A stretch of DNA of 37,807 nucleotides from Octopus bimaculoides (taxonomy: Eukaryota): contig NC_068986.1 of the NCBI RefSeq assembly GCF_001194135.2, positions 63,112,832 through 63,150,638 of the forward strand, in the 5' to 3' direction. Numbering within the stretch: position 1 is the stretch's first letter; each line of letters begins with the position of its first letter. The notes under the pieces are model-generated. The model saw nothing but the letters and a program-made list of their open reading frames with translations. It did no database searches and was not told the DNA's origin. The position numbers and the translations under genes are program-made. This document shows positions 11,375 through 24,944 of the stretch, piece by piece.

Positions 11375-11840
11375 CTTCTTTCATTTTCTCTCTCTATCTT
11401 TCTGTGTCTTTCTCCCTGCTTTTTTCATTCAGTCTTATCGTTTGCTCCTTTCTCTCATTACTCCTTTTCCTACCTTCACTCTCCCTTTACCATTCACCTT
11501 TCCTGATACAACTCCTTGCTCTTCTTCAGCCCCTTCCACTGTTTATCACTCCTCCACCTTTCACTAGCCCCTTCTCTTCCCACCTCTCTTTTGCTCCATC
11601 TCTCACTCTTTTTCCCTTTGCTCTTTCTGTCTGTTGTCTTATTCTTTGTATTTCTTCTCTCATCTTTTCCCCTTTCCTTTCTCTCATTTTTTCTGTCTCT
11701 TATTCTTTTCTCTACCTTTCTTTATTCTTTCTTAGTTTTTTTCTTTTTCATTTTCATTTCATCTCTTTCGTATTATTTTTTGTCACTTTTTTCACTTTGT
11801 TTCATATTTGTCTTCTTTTCTTCTCTCTCTCTCTCTCTGT
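11375..11840. repeat. Pyrimidine-rich (CT/CTT) low-complexity tract
   Basis: About 460 bp with very few purines on +. It produces the F/L/S-rich spurious ORFs. Confidence 0.85.
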
Positions 11841-13190
11841 TTCAAAAGTATATTCAATATAAATAAAAATGTACTTTTTGGACTTAAAAAAATTTCATGA
11901 AAGTGATATTAAACCAAAATAAATATTACCATTCATCATCATCGTCGTTTTCTGTCTGTTTTTCCATATTTGCATGAATTGGACAGGTGTTTTTTCATAA
12001 AGTATCTCATCATATATTGCTGTCCTCTTTAAGGTTCAGTCTCCTGAGTCAGCTTTCACCATTTCTTCCTGTCTTTGGTCTTCCTTTTTTGCAGGCTTAT
12101 TTCATGTGCATTACTTAACACTTCATTACCCAATGGTTATCCATTACATGCATTGCATATCTGTACTCATACATACTTCTCTTGCTCACTACATCTGATT
12201 CCTCTTATATTCAGTTTTGCTCTCCATTGTTTGTGCTTTGCTGTTCATTTACATGAATATTACACATTCACCAGAGAATTTTTGCTACTTTGCAACATCA
12301 TATTGCTTATACAAGTTTCACACAATGTGCTTTTCACTCAGAAAGACTCTTTTTGTTTCCAGCAGGTGTAATAGTTCATCACATTTTTACCATCCTATCT
12401 TACTCAAGTTAATAAGCTTTTGGAACCCTCAATTGCTAATAGGAGAAGCTATCAACTACTTTTAGGGAGCTCTTCCAGCATTTAAAAGAATCTATTCTAT
12501 GATTGCTCTCACTGCTAATTATTTATGTCCATTTGTTACATATGAAATCTTTGTGGGACTACCTGTAATTTTATTGTGTTTCTTGTGCATCTGTACTTCA
12601 CACTGAGCCAAGTGTATGGTATTCACATATATTCCATTTCTGCATAACCTATATAGCCAGTTTATTGGGAACAGTGGAGTCCTGTTTTCTTTCCTGCTAA
12701 AATTTTTGCTTAGTTTACTTTGCTTCTGTGCTTGAAATTTTTTGTTTAATTTTTCAGTAGATTCAGCTATGAGAATTAGATTATTGGCATGTGGAAGTTC
12801 TCAATACTAGACACCTCTGTTATGGCATGAAGAAGTATAATAAACTAGATGGGTACCAAGTCTTGATAGAAACCTACCTTCACACTAAATTCCTTATTGA
12901 ACTCATTAACTTTCTCTGTACATTGCTTGCATGGCACTCAGAAGCCAAACTTTGAGTGCTTAAGTTTGTGTTTGAAAATATAAAACATAGCAGGACAATT
13001 TTACACATGTTGTTGGGAAATATTTCCACATTCTCAGCATCAGCCCATAACTCATAATTCTCAGGTTTTAGTTTCTGATTATACAGTATGCTATTTGAAC
13101 TTGTGTTAATTTGAGTTTTGCTCTATGTGTGTATACTTATACATATGAGACACATGCAAGCCACATGTGCATATATATATATATATATAT

Positions 13191-13219
13191 NNNNNNNNNN
13201 NNNNNNNNNNNNNNNNNNN
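13191..13219. other. Assembly gap (N run) in a (TA)n tract
   Basis: Ns in sequence. Confidence 1.
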
Positions 13220-13449
13220 ATACACATGCATGTGTACGCATACATGTATACACAAACATACATACAAAAATGAGTAAATGGATCTTGTGTTAATTTTAAT
13301 AATCGATATTGAAGTTGTTTGATCAAATGGAAGTAGTTTCTTTTTGAATCATATACTGTGACTGAGTGATGCACCCCCACAGCATGACACTCTTTAACAA
13401 GGATGCTCATATGTGCCTGCATGTGTGTGTATGTGTGCATGCATGCATG

Positions 13450-13485
<36 letters not shown>

Positions 13486-13489
13486 CAAG

Positions 13490-14090
13490 AAGGACACACA
13501 AAAGACATACAGGAAAAATATTTTCTCAAATGCCCAGGAGTCTCCCTGGAGGTAGTAGATAGTTTCTGTTATTTAGGTGACTTAATTAGCAGTGGAGAAG
13601 GATGTTCTGAAAATATAGTTGCTAGAATAAGAATAGGATGGAGAAAGTTCAGAGAGCTATTAATTCTGTTACAAAAGGCCTGTCTCTCAGAGTGAAAGGT
13701 GGATTGTATGATACTTGTATATGAACAGCAATGCTATATGGTAATAAGATGTGAGCTCTGAATGCTAAGGACATGTGAAAACTTTCTAGGAATGAAGCTT
13801 GTATGTTTTGCTGGATGTGCAACATCATTATGACAAAATACAAATGTGTTGAGAGAGAAATTGGGCATCAAAAGAAACAAATGTTAGAGTGCAAGAGAAA
13901 AGACTGCATTGATTTGGGCAATTGATGCATATGGATGAGAAAAACTGTATAAAGAAGTGGATAGAACTTATAGAAGAGATAGACCTTGGAAGACATGGAA
14001 CAAAGTAGTGAAGGCTGATCACAAGAGGCTGATCTCACAGAGGAGATGACAAAGGACTAAGAAGATTGGCAATCCACTGTACTTGAGAAG
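13490..14090 (+). mobile_element. Decayed RTE-clade LINE, RT C-terminal/3' region
   Basis: LEVVDSFCYLGDLISSGEGCSENIVARIRIGWRKFREL, then LRVKG.LY and AMLYG motifs typical of RTE RT C-termini. Many stops. Confidence 0.85.
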
Positions 14091-15559
14091 ACTTGTCTGT
14101 CTCAATGAAGGTGAGGTCTTAAAAGCATTATGTTTATGTCTATATACTCACTAGATCCTGTCCCTGTTAAGCATTCTCCACATCTCATCTTCTTAATACC
14201 CATCCTCCCATCACTTTTCTATTATGGCACTATTTAGCTGCTGTAAGCATTTGAGAACAGAATTAGTATGTATTTCATCTCACTTTTTATACCACCAGTT
14301 ACATCCTTCTCTCCCTGGAACCACTTCCTATTAACATCTATCCTTCACTTGCATCATTATCCCTTCCCTCACTATTTTCCTTTGAATGTTCTCTTTCTGA
14401 GCCTTCAGTTATCTCTCCCTCTCTTCTTGGCTACATCTTAGGCCTGCCACACCTCATCACTCTCTTATATCCATCATTGATGCTCCCCCAACTTTGTTGC
14501 TCTACTTATGTATGTCAGATCTCCATCTTTGTCACACCATACACATCATCTCCTTGCTTTCTGCTCTATGTACAAATTTATGATACAGCTGCTCTCCACA
14601 CCTTTTGTGTTGCTGCTTGTCATCTCTTCTTTCCTGAGCCACTTCTATTTGTCTCACCTTCCCCACCTCCAAACTAATATTTACCATCAACCACACCTCT
14701 ACCCTTGGTCATTACAATTTTTCCCTCTGCACTTATCTCTAACCATCTGTAATTATCTTCTCATACTTTTATGAAATTTTCTGCTCTCTGTTTCACCACT
14801 GATCCACTGTCTGTATTCTTTCATATACACACCTTCATATATTTTGAGAATATCTCATCACCATCATCTTTATTTTCTTTCCAGCTACCCACCCTTATAT
14901 AATGTAGAGTAAGAATGTATCTCCTCTATGATAAGTAACTTGTATTTGTTCCTCACTCATACTTTAGCCTTTCAACACCTAGTATAAAGCTGTCTGCCCA
15001 CTCTATTAAATACACTCCCACTCAGTCAAGGAGGTTCTTTCTTTTCTTGTCTTGCAAGCTACTTGGCAATCTCACTGGTGCTGGTGTCATGAAAAATGTA
15101 CCCTATGCACACTGTAAAATGGTTGATATAAGGAAAGACATTCAATTGTTGAAACAATGCCAAAGCATACTTAAAATGTGTATAGTCTGTGTCTGTCAGT
15201 TTTAATATATACTAATGATTTCATGTGCTATTTTTCTATATGAGACAAAGTATGTATCAATTTATAAAACACAAGATTTGATTTATTCAGTATAAGAAAC
15301 AGTATATATTTTGAACCTGACTCTATTCCTAAAGATAGTATGTGGATTTGACTGCCAATGGATTACACTTTTGAAGTAATTAAGTTCCTCTCTTCTTTAG
15401 TGCAAGAACTATACAAGTTCTCTTAGATTATTTATGTGCCTGTAGATATTTGACACAGATTTTCCCATAAGTATTTGAGAAAAATTATGTAACAAATCAG
15501 TGAGCATATAAAGGCGGCCTTGTTTTAACACACACATGCACGCTCACGTGTGCTATTAT

Positions 15560-15815
15560 TTTCATAATCATCATTGTTTCAACATAAACTTTTCCATGCT
15601 TGCATGGGTCAGCTTGAATTCATTGAAGAAGATTTTCTATGGCTGGATGCCTTTCCTGTCCCAACCCTCATTTATTTATAAGCAAGGTAATATTTCTCCC
15701 TGGCTGGACATGGTTTCATGGATGATTGGAAATAAAAGACAATGCTTGTATATAAAAGACAATGCTTATTTACAGCTATCACATGATGTGAAGGCAAAGA
15801 GACACTAACACACAC
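15560..15815 (-). repeat. Interspersed repeat/SINE-like fragment
   Basis: TTTTCCATGCTTGCATGGG and GGCTGGATGCCTTTCCT are reverse complements of motifs in the 4020-4210 tail. Confidence 0.55.
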
Positions 15816-15826
15816 ACACAAGCATG

Positions 15827-15965
15827 TGACAGGTTTCTTTGTCTTTCTGGCTTAAAATCCACTCATAAAGCTTTGTAGAAGACACTTGCTCAAGGTACCA
15901 TGCACTAGCACGGAATTCCATGTAGTTGGGAAACAAGCTTTCAAGCACACAGCCATGCCTGCACC
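15827..15965 (-). mobile_element. tRNA-derived SINE family A, diverged
   Basis: AAATCCACTCATAAAGCTTTGTAGAAGACACTTGCTCAAGGTACCATGCAC...GTTGGGAAACAAGC..CACACAGCCATGCCT. Confidence 0.8.
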
Positions 15966-17724
15966 TATTTTATGGGTGGTTATATTGTTTACTAGTTTTA
16001 TTTTTGTATTTTGTTTATATGGAATGCCTAATCTCTGTATCTTATTACTTCTTGTCAGTACTGAGAATCTTTTCTCTCTGAAACTCAGTAAATCTAGTTA
16101 AACATTTGACAGGCCAAGTAACACCAAGGAAAAATAAATTAGAAAGGAGCAGCAGACTTATGAAAATTACTATCTGTTTATATCCACATTGCTGACTAAA
16201 TTTCATCTCTCCTTTCTATCAATTAGCAAGACATAAAACTTTTAGCCAAGTGTTGGCAAGTAGATGTCCATTACAAGAAAGGCAGTTAGTCATAAGCACT
16301 AATTATTGATTATATATGTCCATAGGATATATGCTTTAGAATTTCTAAACTGTGGGAAGAATAGGTTATTTTGATGACAATATTTTCATAAAAACATTAG
16401 TATGTCTCAGTTTCTTAGCTGTGTTTCTGTGCTGCACTTTGTTTACGTTAATGCTTTAATACTATCTCTTATCAAAACTTAATTCTGAATCATGATTTTT
16501 ATTTATTTATTTATTTAGTTGATTTTCTCAATTCTATTTCTTCAGTTTTCCCTATTGTAGCATGATTTCGATGTCTCTGAAATTCAAAACATTTTCCTCA
16601 ATTATGAGAATCAATGTTTCACAATCAGGTTCTTTTCCTAGCATTAACTACTCAACTGTGAAATAGGAGTAGTTTCTATTTTCCAGTTGGGTTGGTAAGT
16701 CATGTAGTGTGTTTTTATTATTACCTAGTGCTATAATACAATGCTTGCAATAACAAGGAGTGAACTACTGATTTTTAGTACAGAACCATTGGAATCCTTA
16801 TTCATGTAAATATTTTATGACATTTAGTGTTTGTGGTCTTGTACTATGAAAAATAAAGCAAAAACAAAAATATTGGTTTTAATTATTCTCAAATTGATTA
16901 AAATCATGAATGTTTTTTTAGTAAAATGAAAAAAAATTTCCTTCATGGAAGGACGATGTTCTTACTTGACTTATTAATTTGAATGAATATACACTATTTG
17001 TTATATAATGTTAATGTTTGACATTACATATCTGACCTTTAATGGCATCAACAAAACTGTTGTCTTGCTCAATATAATATTCATTTCCAGTAGAATAACA
17101 GTGAGGTAAATAACAGAAATGTTTGCAAACGAAATAAGCAGCTTGTATTTATTGTTCAATGAGTTGTATTTTGTTTAGCTTTTTGTAAACTGAGTGCATC
17201 TAACGTAACTCAAGTTGATTTGTTTCCATAGAAACAATTTTGGTAGATTTGCTAATTTCTCTGTGACCTGAAATAAATAAATTAAATAAGTAAATAATAA
17301 TATCTGTTATTGTTAGAAAATATAAAATGTGGAATGAAAATAGCATAAATTAAATCCTAAAAAATTCTAACTTAGCTCTTTTTCTAGAAGATTGGGTTGG
17401 AATTCTGAAGAAATTTTCCTTTATCCTATTTACTTTAATTCTGTGTTTTAACTTTTTGACTTTTTGAGAATGTCTAAAAGTATTTGTACAGTCCTTTATT
17501 ATTGTTATCTTAAATCCCAAATTTCAGTTTATGATTGCTTCTATTTTTTTTTATTTCATAAAATTTTGATTTGAAAAATAATGTCTATATATGTGTGTAT
17601 ATATTTGGACATTAATACTTTCAAATTCTAATATACCATTGCTTTTTTTTTTTTTTTCATAGAATTTTATATCTGAAAAACAAAAGGACTATAGGTGCAT
17701 ATGTGAATGTATGTATATGTTAGA

Positions 17725-17899
17725 TACAGTCATGTCTGTGTGGTAAGTAGCTTGCTTCCCAACCACATGGTTCTGGGTTTAGTCTCACTGCGTGGCACCT
17801 TGGGCAAGTGTCTTCTATAGCCTTGAGCCAACCACAACCTTGTGAGTAGATTTGGTAGATGGAAACTGAAAGAAGCTCATAATATATACATATACATAC

Positions 17900-17950
<51 letters not shown>

Positions 17951-18190
17951 TACATATCTATATATTTATGTGTGTGTATCTCTGTCTGTATTTGTCCCCC
18001 AACACTGCTTGACAACCAGTGTTGGTGTGTTTGTGACCCCTATAACTTAGTTGTTTGGGAAAAGAGACTGATAGAATAAGTACTAGGCTTAAAAAAAAGT
18101 CTTGGAGTTGATTTGCTTGACTAAAGACCCTTCAAGGTTGTAGCATAGTGTAACCACAGTCTAATGACTGAAACAAGTGAAAGCTAAAAG
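17725..18190 (+). mobile_element. tRNA-derived SINE family A, full-length with internal (TA)n and 3' extension
   Basis: A-box-like TGTGTGGTAAG, B-box-like GGGTTTAGTCTC, core CTGCGTGGCACCTTGGGCAAGTGTCTTCT, internal (TA)n ~17880-17960 and tail GATAGAATAAGTACTAGGCTT...GACTGAAACAAG. Confidence 0.9.
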
Positions 18191-18198
18191 ATTTCAAA

Positions 18199-18236
<38 letters not shown>

Positions 18237-19469
18237 CATATATATGGACATTCACATGCTTTCAAATATGTTTAGGTCAGGTTAATACATTGATTTCTTA
18301 CATAGACACAAGGTCACATTTTGGATGAAGGTATAGTAAATTACATTACCCCTCTACTTCCCAGTACTCAACTGATACTTTATTTTATAATAAAATAGAT
18401 ATGCTTATTTAATGGCATCTAGTTTAAAAGTTGAGACAAACCTCAAGAAACAGATGTATTCACTTCTTGGTTATAGCTATTTTGTTTTAATTATATAGCT
18501 ACTATCCTTAATTAAATTATGAATATTCCAATACCATTTCTACCCCTTCCTTATGGCATCCATATAGTTAATTATTTAATGATAAATAAGTGTTACAAAT
18601 ATCCATTTGATGTTTGGCTTTGTATGTAAGATTGTGATTTTCTTTTTTAAAGTTTTGATAAGTAAAATTAGATTTTATAAGATTCCCAGTTTTCATTATT
18701 TGGTGAATTCCTTTCCTCTTATCTTCATTCTTTGTCATCTTCAGCTCTGTAAGGTCTTTCTTTACACTAATTTAATTAATGAAATTATTATAATTTTTAT
18801 TTTATTCCATCTTAAAACTAGTATTTTAAAGTTTTCATCATCTCAGTCTATGTTTGGTTGTATCTTTATGTTTTCTTTAAAGCAAGCAGTATTTCATATT
18901 TTTAATCTCGTCTTAATTATATAATCTTAAATATATAAGCTAACAGTGTGTATTTAATTTGTACATTCAATCACTATATAATTTGCATGATATTCAAATT
19001 CCATTTTTTACATTATTAAGAAGGAAAGCTCTTTATTTCTTTTTAAATCAACATTAATTATTTAATGTAACATACAGTATATATATTGTATGATATATAG
19101 TGTGTATATTTTAACCCATTTTTACCTTTTTCTTACCAACTTGCCTGAGGTCACTTTTGCTACTCTGGTGCAAACTTTCTGTCTTAAAGGGATCTGCATT
19201 AAAAATTTTTCATCAAAATTTCATATTAATCTATGTTCCAAACACCAGCTTAATAATGGCAATGTTATTTTACTTCATTATTCTTCATTATTTTCAAAAT
19301 TGAGTGAAACAAAGGCAGTATATTTCAGCAGAAATATAAAATATGGTAACAAAAGAGGAAAGCTGAACTTATCATCATCATCAGCCTTTAACATTTACTT
19401 TGTCAGGGTAGACAAACACACACACACACACACGTACACACAAACAGATATACTTATATATATATAATA

Positions 19470-19610
19470 TGGGATTTTTTCAATTTCTGTCTACCAAATC
19501 CACTCACAAGGGCAACAATAGAAGACTTTTGCCCAAGTCGCTGCACAGGAAGATGAAACCCAAGACCACACGGTTGGGAAGCAAGCTCCTTAACAACACT
19601 GTCATTGCCT
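19470..19610 (-). mobile_element. tRNA-derived SINE family A, diverged
   Basis: TTTCTGTCTACCAAATCCACTCACAAGG...TTGCCCAAG...GGTTGGGAAGCAAGCT. Confidence 0.8.
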
Positions 19611-19711
19611 ATATCTATTCATAAATGTTATATTGATTGAAAAGGAGTTTAACATTTGATTGAATAACATTTGAAGAGCATGGCAATTATTTGAAATCAG
19701 AATGTCTAGAT

Positions 19712-19802
19712 TCTTGGAGTTGATTTGCTCGACTAAAGACCCTTCAAGGTTGTAGCATAGCATAGCCACAGTCTAATGACTGAAACAAGTAAAAGATAAA
19801 GG

Positions 19803-19835
<33 letters not shown>

Positions 19836-19986
19836 GGACATTCACATGCTTTCAAAATCCCACTTCACCAATATTGGCTGTTGCATAAAACCTCATAAAT
19901 TCTTTGTCTCCTTTTACCATTTTCTCATTTGGTGATAATGTCTGCTGCCACTTTGATGATACCTAATAAGGCTTCTGTTGGCTAGT
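19712..19986 (+). repeat. Composite local duplication: 19712-19856 copies 18100-18266; 19856-19986 copies 21342-21472
   Basis: Direct alignment, including the non-SINE flank (TA)nTGGACATTCACATGCTTTCAAA and the segment CCACTTCACCAATATTGG...AAGGCTTCTGTTGG.TAGT. Confidence 0.9.
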
Positions 19987-21794
19987 TCACTTTTTTCCAA
20001 TATGTCTCTATCACCAGACTCAAAATTATCACCACCGCTACCAGTCCTATTGGATGCCAGTATTATTTCAAAAGATATCAAGAGTTTGGGTTTTTCTTTA
20101 CATGTAGATAATCAGGAACAGAACAGGAAAGAAAATCATAAGGATTTTGTCATATTTGTTTATAGAAAATATTAGATAGGTATCCCTAGTTAAGAACTCC
20201 TGCTCTGGATTATAGAACAGTTAAGCTACTATACATTTATTCAATACCAAAGAACAATGAATGGCAGTATTGTATCACAAATCCATTGTAAGCTATATTA
20301 AATAAAATTAGTAACTCTCAAGGAAAATTGCACAATAATATATACAATAAATGTATTTTGCCAAGTAACTTAATAAAAGGATGTTTGTTATTTGAGGTGA
20401 ATCTCTGATGTAGTAACACACATGGATTGAGAGGTTTATCAAGTCATTTAATAGCTCTAATAAAAAAAAAAATTTTCTAAAATTACTTGGTAACAAATAT
20501 ATAAAAAAGTGACATTCTAGATAAACGTGTCACTGAGTTGCTCAGCTCTTCTGACATAGGAAACATGATTTGTGAGATTGTTCATGTTTTCAATCATTTC
20601 AACATAAGATGAGAAAATGCAATCTCATATTTTCAGACAGCCTGTTTTATCCATTTGTCAAAAGATAATAGAAATCCCTGTCATGTCTCTCTTTATCTCT
20701 TTTTTTTTTTTTCCATATTTAGAATTCTTTGTATAACTAGGTTCTAAATTATGTAGCAAAATGATCACATAATCTGGTCAATTCCCTATTTTCAGAGACA
20801 TTTTTATTAAGCAAATTATTAGTCCTAAGCTACTATGCCATTCATACATTTCTAATTTATGCAAAGCTCACTACCAAGGTGCATACAAGTGTCACATTCT
20901 CTCTGTCACTAAAAGTAGTATATAATTACATAACCTTAGACAGGTATTTCTCTTGCAGCTGTCTTCCCAAGATTATAGCACCTATATTTCCAATGCCTTC
21001 TACCAACTATCAGTTGTCAATCTTAATTCTATAGTGTTTCAGTTAAGTAGAAATTAATGGATATTGATGTTAGTATTCAGTTAGAAATGCTGCATGTTGG
21101 ATTGGAAGCTGACTTGTTAGACTCATGGAGTGAAGAAAGAATGTTATTTGGCGTAATGTTGTGAATCAGTTTTACAAATGCAACAGAATATCTATTCTAA
21201 ACTAGAAATAGCTAAGTATTTTTAATATTTAGAGAATTAAAAAAAGATATTTAAAGTTGCCTCAGGGAAATTAACATCATCTTTTTCCTTTTTTTCCTAC
21301 ATTACAATTCCTTTAGTTATATAAACCTCATCTTTTTCATTAATTCCACTTCACCAATATTGGTTGTTGCATAAAACCTCATAACTGCTTTGTCTCCTTT
21401 TACCATTTTCTCATTTGGTGATAATGCCTGCTGTCACTTTGATGATACCTAATAAGGCTTCTGTTGGTTAGTATGTTGGATGCTGGTTCTTATTGGTTTT
21501 ATTAGTACAGTAGTTTCAAACACAATAAGTGATCAGAAATTAATGATGAACCTTTTTAAAATGTGATAGAAAAAAAGAACATCTGATGATTTTTTTTTTT
21601 TTAACTTTATACATTTTCTTTCAAATTCCTTATAAATAAATAGTGGGATCTCAGGCAAAATGACAGAATACACAATATCAGATATGCTAGATGCACAGAA
21701 GTAATTAGCAGAAGAAATACTATGAAATAAAAATCTATGTACTCCTGAGCTGGTTGACAGGTATAGTAGATAATTTCTATTATCAAGATGACTG

Positions 21795-21975
21795 AAGTGC
21801 TGTCGTTTAGCCCCAGGTTAGCCTTGATTGAGCAAACCTATGATCAAAGATGTTCTAACTATGATCAACTTTGTCTTTTTTTCCCTAGACAGCATCAAAG
21901 GCTATATTATTTAAAGTATCCTTCTATTTTTAAAGCAGCAAAAGTAATTTCAAGGAAATTTGACAGTCAAAGCTA
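21795..21975 (+). repeat. Dispersed family D
   Basis: TTTAGCCCCAGGTTAGCCTTGATTGAGCAAACCTATGATCAAAGATGTTC. Confidence 0.65.
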
Positions 21976-22119
21976 GTGGGTAAAGAACCACATAAAGGTT
22001 CCTTTACTGGCTCATGAAAACCATAATGTTGGATGTAATTATAGTGGAAAAATTGACGAATGAGAAAGAGATGGAAGTTGTTTAAGTCGTTCTTTTATTG
22101 ACAACAAAATATCTCTCAC

Positions 22120-22179
22120 TTCATATAGAAGGTATTAACAGATTATATTACCATATAGAAGGTATTAAAACAGATTATG
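22120..22179 (+). repeat. Short tandem duplication of ~30 bp
   Basis: CATATAGAAGGTATTAACAGATTAT and CATATAGAAGGTATTAAAACAGATTAT in tandem. Confidence 0.8.
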
Positions 22180-23489
22180 AAGAAACTAGTGATGTCTCTG
22201 CAAATTGTAATATCAAATTTTATTCTGTAATGAAGAAGGTAGATCTACTGTTTTTAAGTAGAAACCTTCATCAGAGAGAGATGGAACATTTCAAACTGAA
22301 TCCTTCAAAATGTGATGAAATGTTTATTAGTTGCAAGATAAATAAATCAGGAGTAGTGAAAGGGAGAAAAAAAAAACTATTGCAGTAAAGAATAAAAAAG
22401 AGGTGGGAAAGTTAACAAGTGTTTTTGGGAGGGACAATGGTCAAAGCAAGAGGGAACAATATAAGGAAGACCGGTAGATTTGAAAGACATTGAACAGGAG
22501 AGGTAATGACTAGGAAACACTATAGATATGCATATAAAAGGTAGATTGTATAAAGCAAGTAGGTGTAAAGAGACTGATAACTACATAGCCATGTGACTTG
22601 AACATTAAATAGAAGAGAAACAAGCTCAATTTGATCACTTGGAAATGCAACATCAACTTACATGGAAATTAGAGTACAAGTGAGCAAGCCAGGCATTAAA
22701 GCATTCCCCAGTGTAAAGAGGAGAAATACTTGTCCTGGAGCAATGGGTAAAAAAGTACTGTGATGACAGTGAAAGACTACTCCTGATAGAGTAAGACTAA
22801 GGAGGATATGAGGAAAAGAAGTCAATTATCAGGATGATAGAAGGAGTGGCAATGGGCTGTGCCCATTTAATTCATGCCAACACAAATATAAAAAAATATT
22901 TCCTCACATTTTAGCTAACTAAGAATGGAATTGCACTATGTAATGATATTAGTCCACTGGTCAAAAAGCATGTGTGTGGGGGAGGCATTTAAAATGTGAC
23001 TGATATAATAACTACATTAAAAGTGATGTGTACCTTGCTACTTTCTGACATATTTGTTATAAGTGTGGTAGTAGATACTACATTTCTTGTTTTGCAGCAT
23101 AACTCTTAAATATTATCAAATATAAGTTAACCAGGAAGAGTCTTTGGAATTCTTTGCAAGCTCGACAAAATTGCTATATTCAAGCATTGTAATTATTCAT
23201 TGTTGCAACCCTCAACATCACCACTACCATGATTATCATGAAGATCTTGCTCAAGTAGCAGTGTATTTAGTTGAGAATATAAGTAAAGAATTTAAGTAAA
23301 GGCAGTTTGAGTTGCATATGGAGTTCTTGGTACCATTCCAAAGTAGGTTGGAGGTGTTTAAGGGCCTTTAGGATATCTACTTGTAGGTTTTTGGTAATAT
23401 TCATGAGTCCTAAACTTGGTTTAACATTGATTTGTTCAATGACAGAATAAGTAGAGACCAATGTTTATTATCAGCTTGATGAGTCAATG

Positions 23490-23695
23490 AAAGAGCTTCT
23501 ACATAGTCACTCATTCTGCTCGAAATAATAGCCAAGTCTCCTTCAAATTCCACCCTTACATCTTAAGTAAAAGACACATTGGGCTATGTAATCCCAGATG
23601 TATAAAAAGATGTGATGGTTACAGTTTGATTGCCTTTGGATCTTAAGTCTGCTAAATCAGAGTTGAACTGGTGTATGTTAAACAACAATTGATGA
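23490..23695 (-). repeat. Dispersed family D, opposite orientation
   Basis: AGAGCTTCTACATAGTCACTC..CTGCTCGAAATAATAGCCAAGTCTCCTTCAAA is the reverse complement of the family D end. Confidence 0.6.
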
Positions 23696-24944
23696 ACAAT
23701 TAAACTTTAAAAGAAAGAACATTTTGTTGTTATTGTAGTCAACCATCTCTGTTTTAATTTGCAAACACAGAGAGTAAGTAGTAACTAATGAAATCCATGA
23801 TGATGAAGGACAAGCCACTGATCATGCACATTGACTATGTACGTTTTAGAACTCAGGTTGTGAAGGCATACTGTCCTTAAATTAAGATGTAACCTTATTC
23901 AAAAACATGTAACCCTATTTTAAATCACATAAACATAGTCTAAGGCATGTGCTAAATATGGCTTGTGGGAGACTGTTGCTATCTTACATTCAAACTACAC
24001 ATATCCAGTTCTAAATTCACTAGGCTGTATCCAACAGTAGTTTGAGCATGTAAAGGCCATTAGGTGTCTTAATATATAAAATTGACTATGTGTATGTATG
24101 TCTATATGTGTATTCTAAGTTTTAGTCAACAATTTTGGGTCTAGCAACTGAAATTTTATATAGTGGCTCAACTTTTTAGAGAGGAATCATAGGTTATGTG
24201 GCTTTTAAGTTCTGTACTTGTCCACCTTTTTTTTTTGCATAATTTTATGCAACTCAACTTGAATTATTTTTTATTTGGCTTGAAGGAAATAATTCTGAGT
24301 GAATCAACATTTCCAGATGAACTGAACATTGTTGGCATCGTTTATTCCAAATATTGTGGATTCATATGTTTGTATTTATTTTAAGTATTAATAAACCCAA
24401 GCAAGGCTAGTTAAAGCTGCTAGTATAATGTATTTTAAAGCTGTTGTGGATTTTGTTTTAATATATGTAGTAGCTGGTTCTTTGCTTTCTCAATACCAAT
24501 CTGTTGTGCATTTCTTATAAGGATTAACATTGTGTAATGAGATGAAGAATAATTACTTGATGACTTCAGAAAAGTACAGGGCTGCTATTTAATGAAGCAA
24601 TAAGAATTTTTATATGTGGATTTTCTGTTGTTAAGTTCTATTAATGCTTACTATATGTGTTTAGGACATAATATTCCACAGTTTTTAAGTTGTTTTGTTC
24701 ATTAGAAGAAAGCTGGCTGCATCACTAATTACTATGTATACTGCTAGATTTACTTATTAACAAGTCAAATGTAAAACTATCTAATAGAACTATGTAATTT
24801 ACTGTGTATTTTAGAAAATTACATTTGTGCTAATAACAATGCTTCTGCACTGCAATCTGTTCTTTGTAACTGTTTCATCAAACACCATTTATCAACACCA
24901 TTTAATCTGATGTTCTGATCACTGAAGTTTTAGTGGTGCCTGTG

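Noticed and set aside
11404-11866. 152-aa and 116-aa hydrophobic ORFs resembling membrane proteins
   Set aside because: Translation of a CT-rich low-complexity tract. The 36652-36936 ORF has the same cause.
19910-20110. Minus-strand open frame (…SNRTGSGGDNFESGDRDILEKSELANRSLIRYHQ…) as a possible exon
   Set aside because: No recognisable domain, weak splice sites, and part of it is a local duplication.
22098-22388. 96-aa ORF with FKLNPSKCDEMFIS resembling a LINE RT motif
   Set aside because: A single short motif. The ORF is partly made by a 30-bp tandem duplication, so support is too thin to call an element.
23267-23461. Possible CR1-like 3' remnant (TSNLLWN) on the minus strand
   Set aside because: Similarity is too short to support a call.
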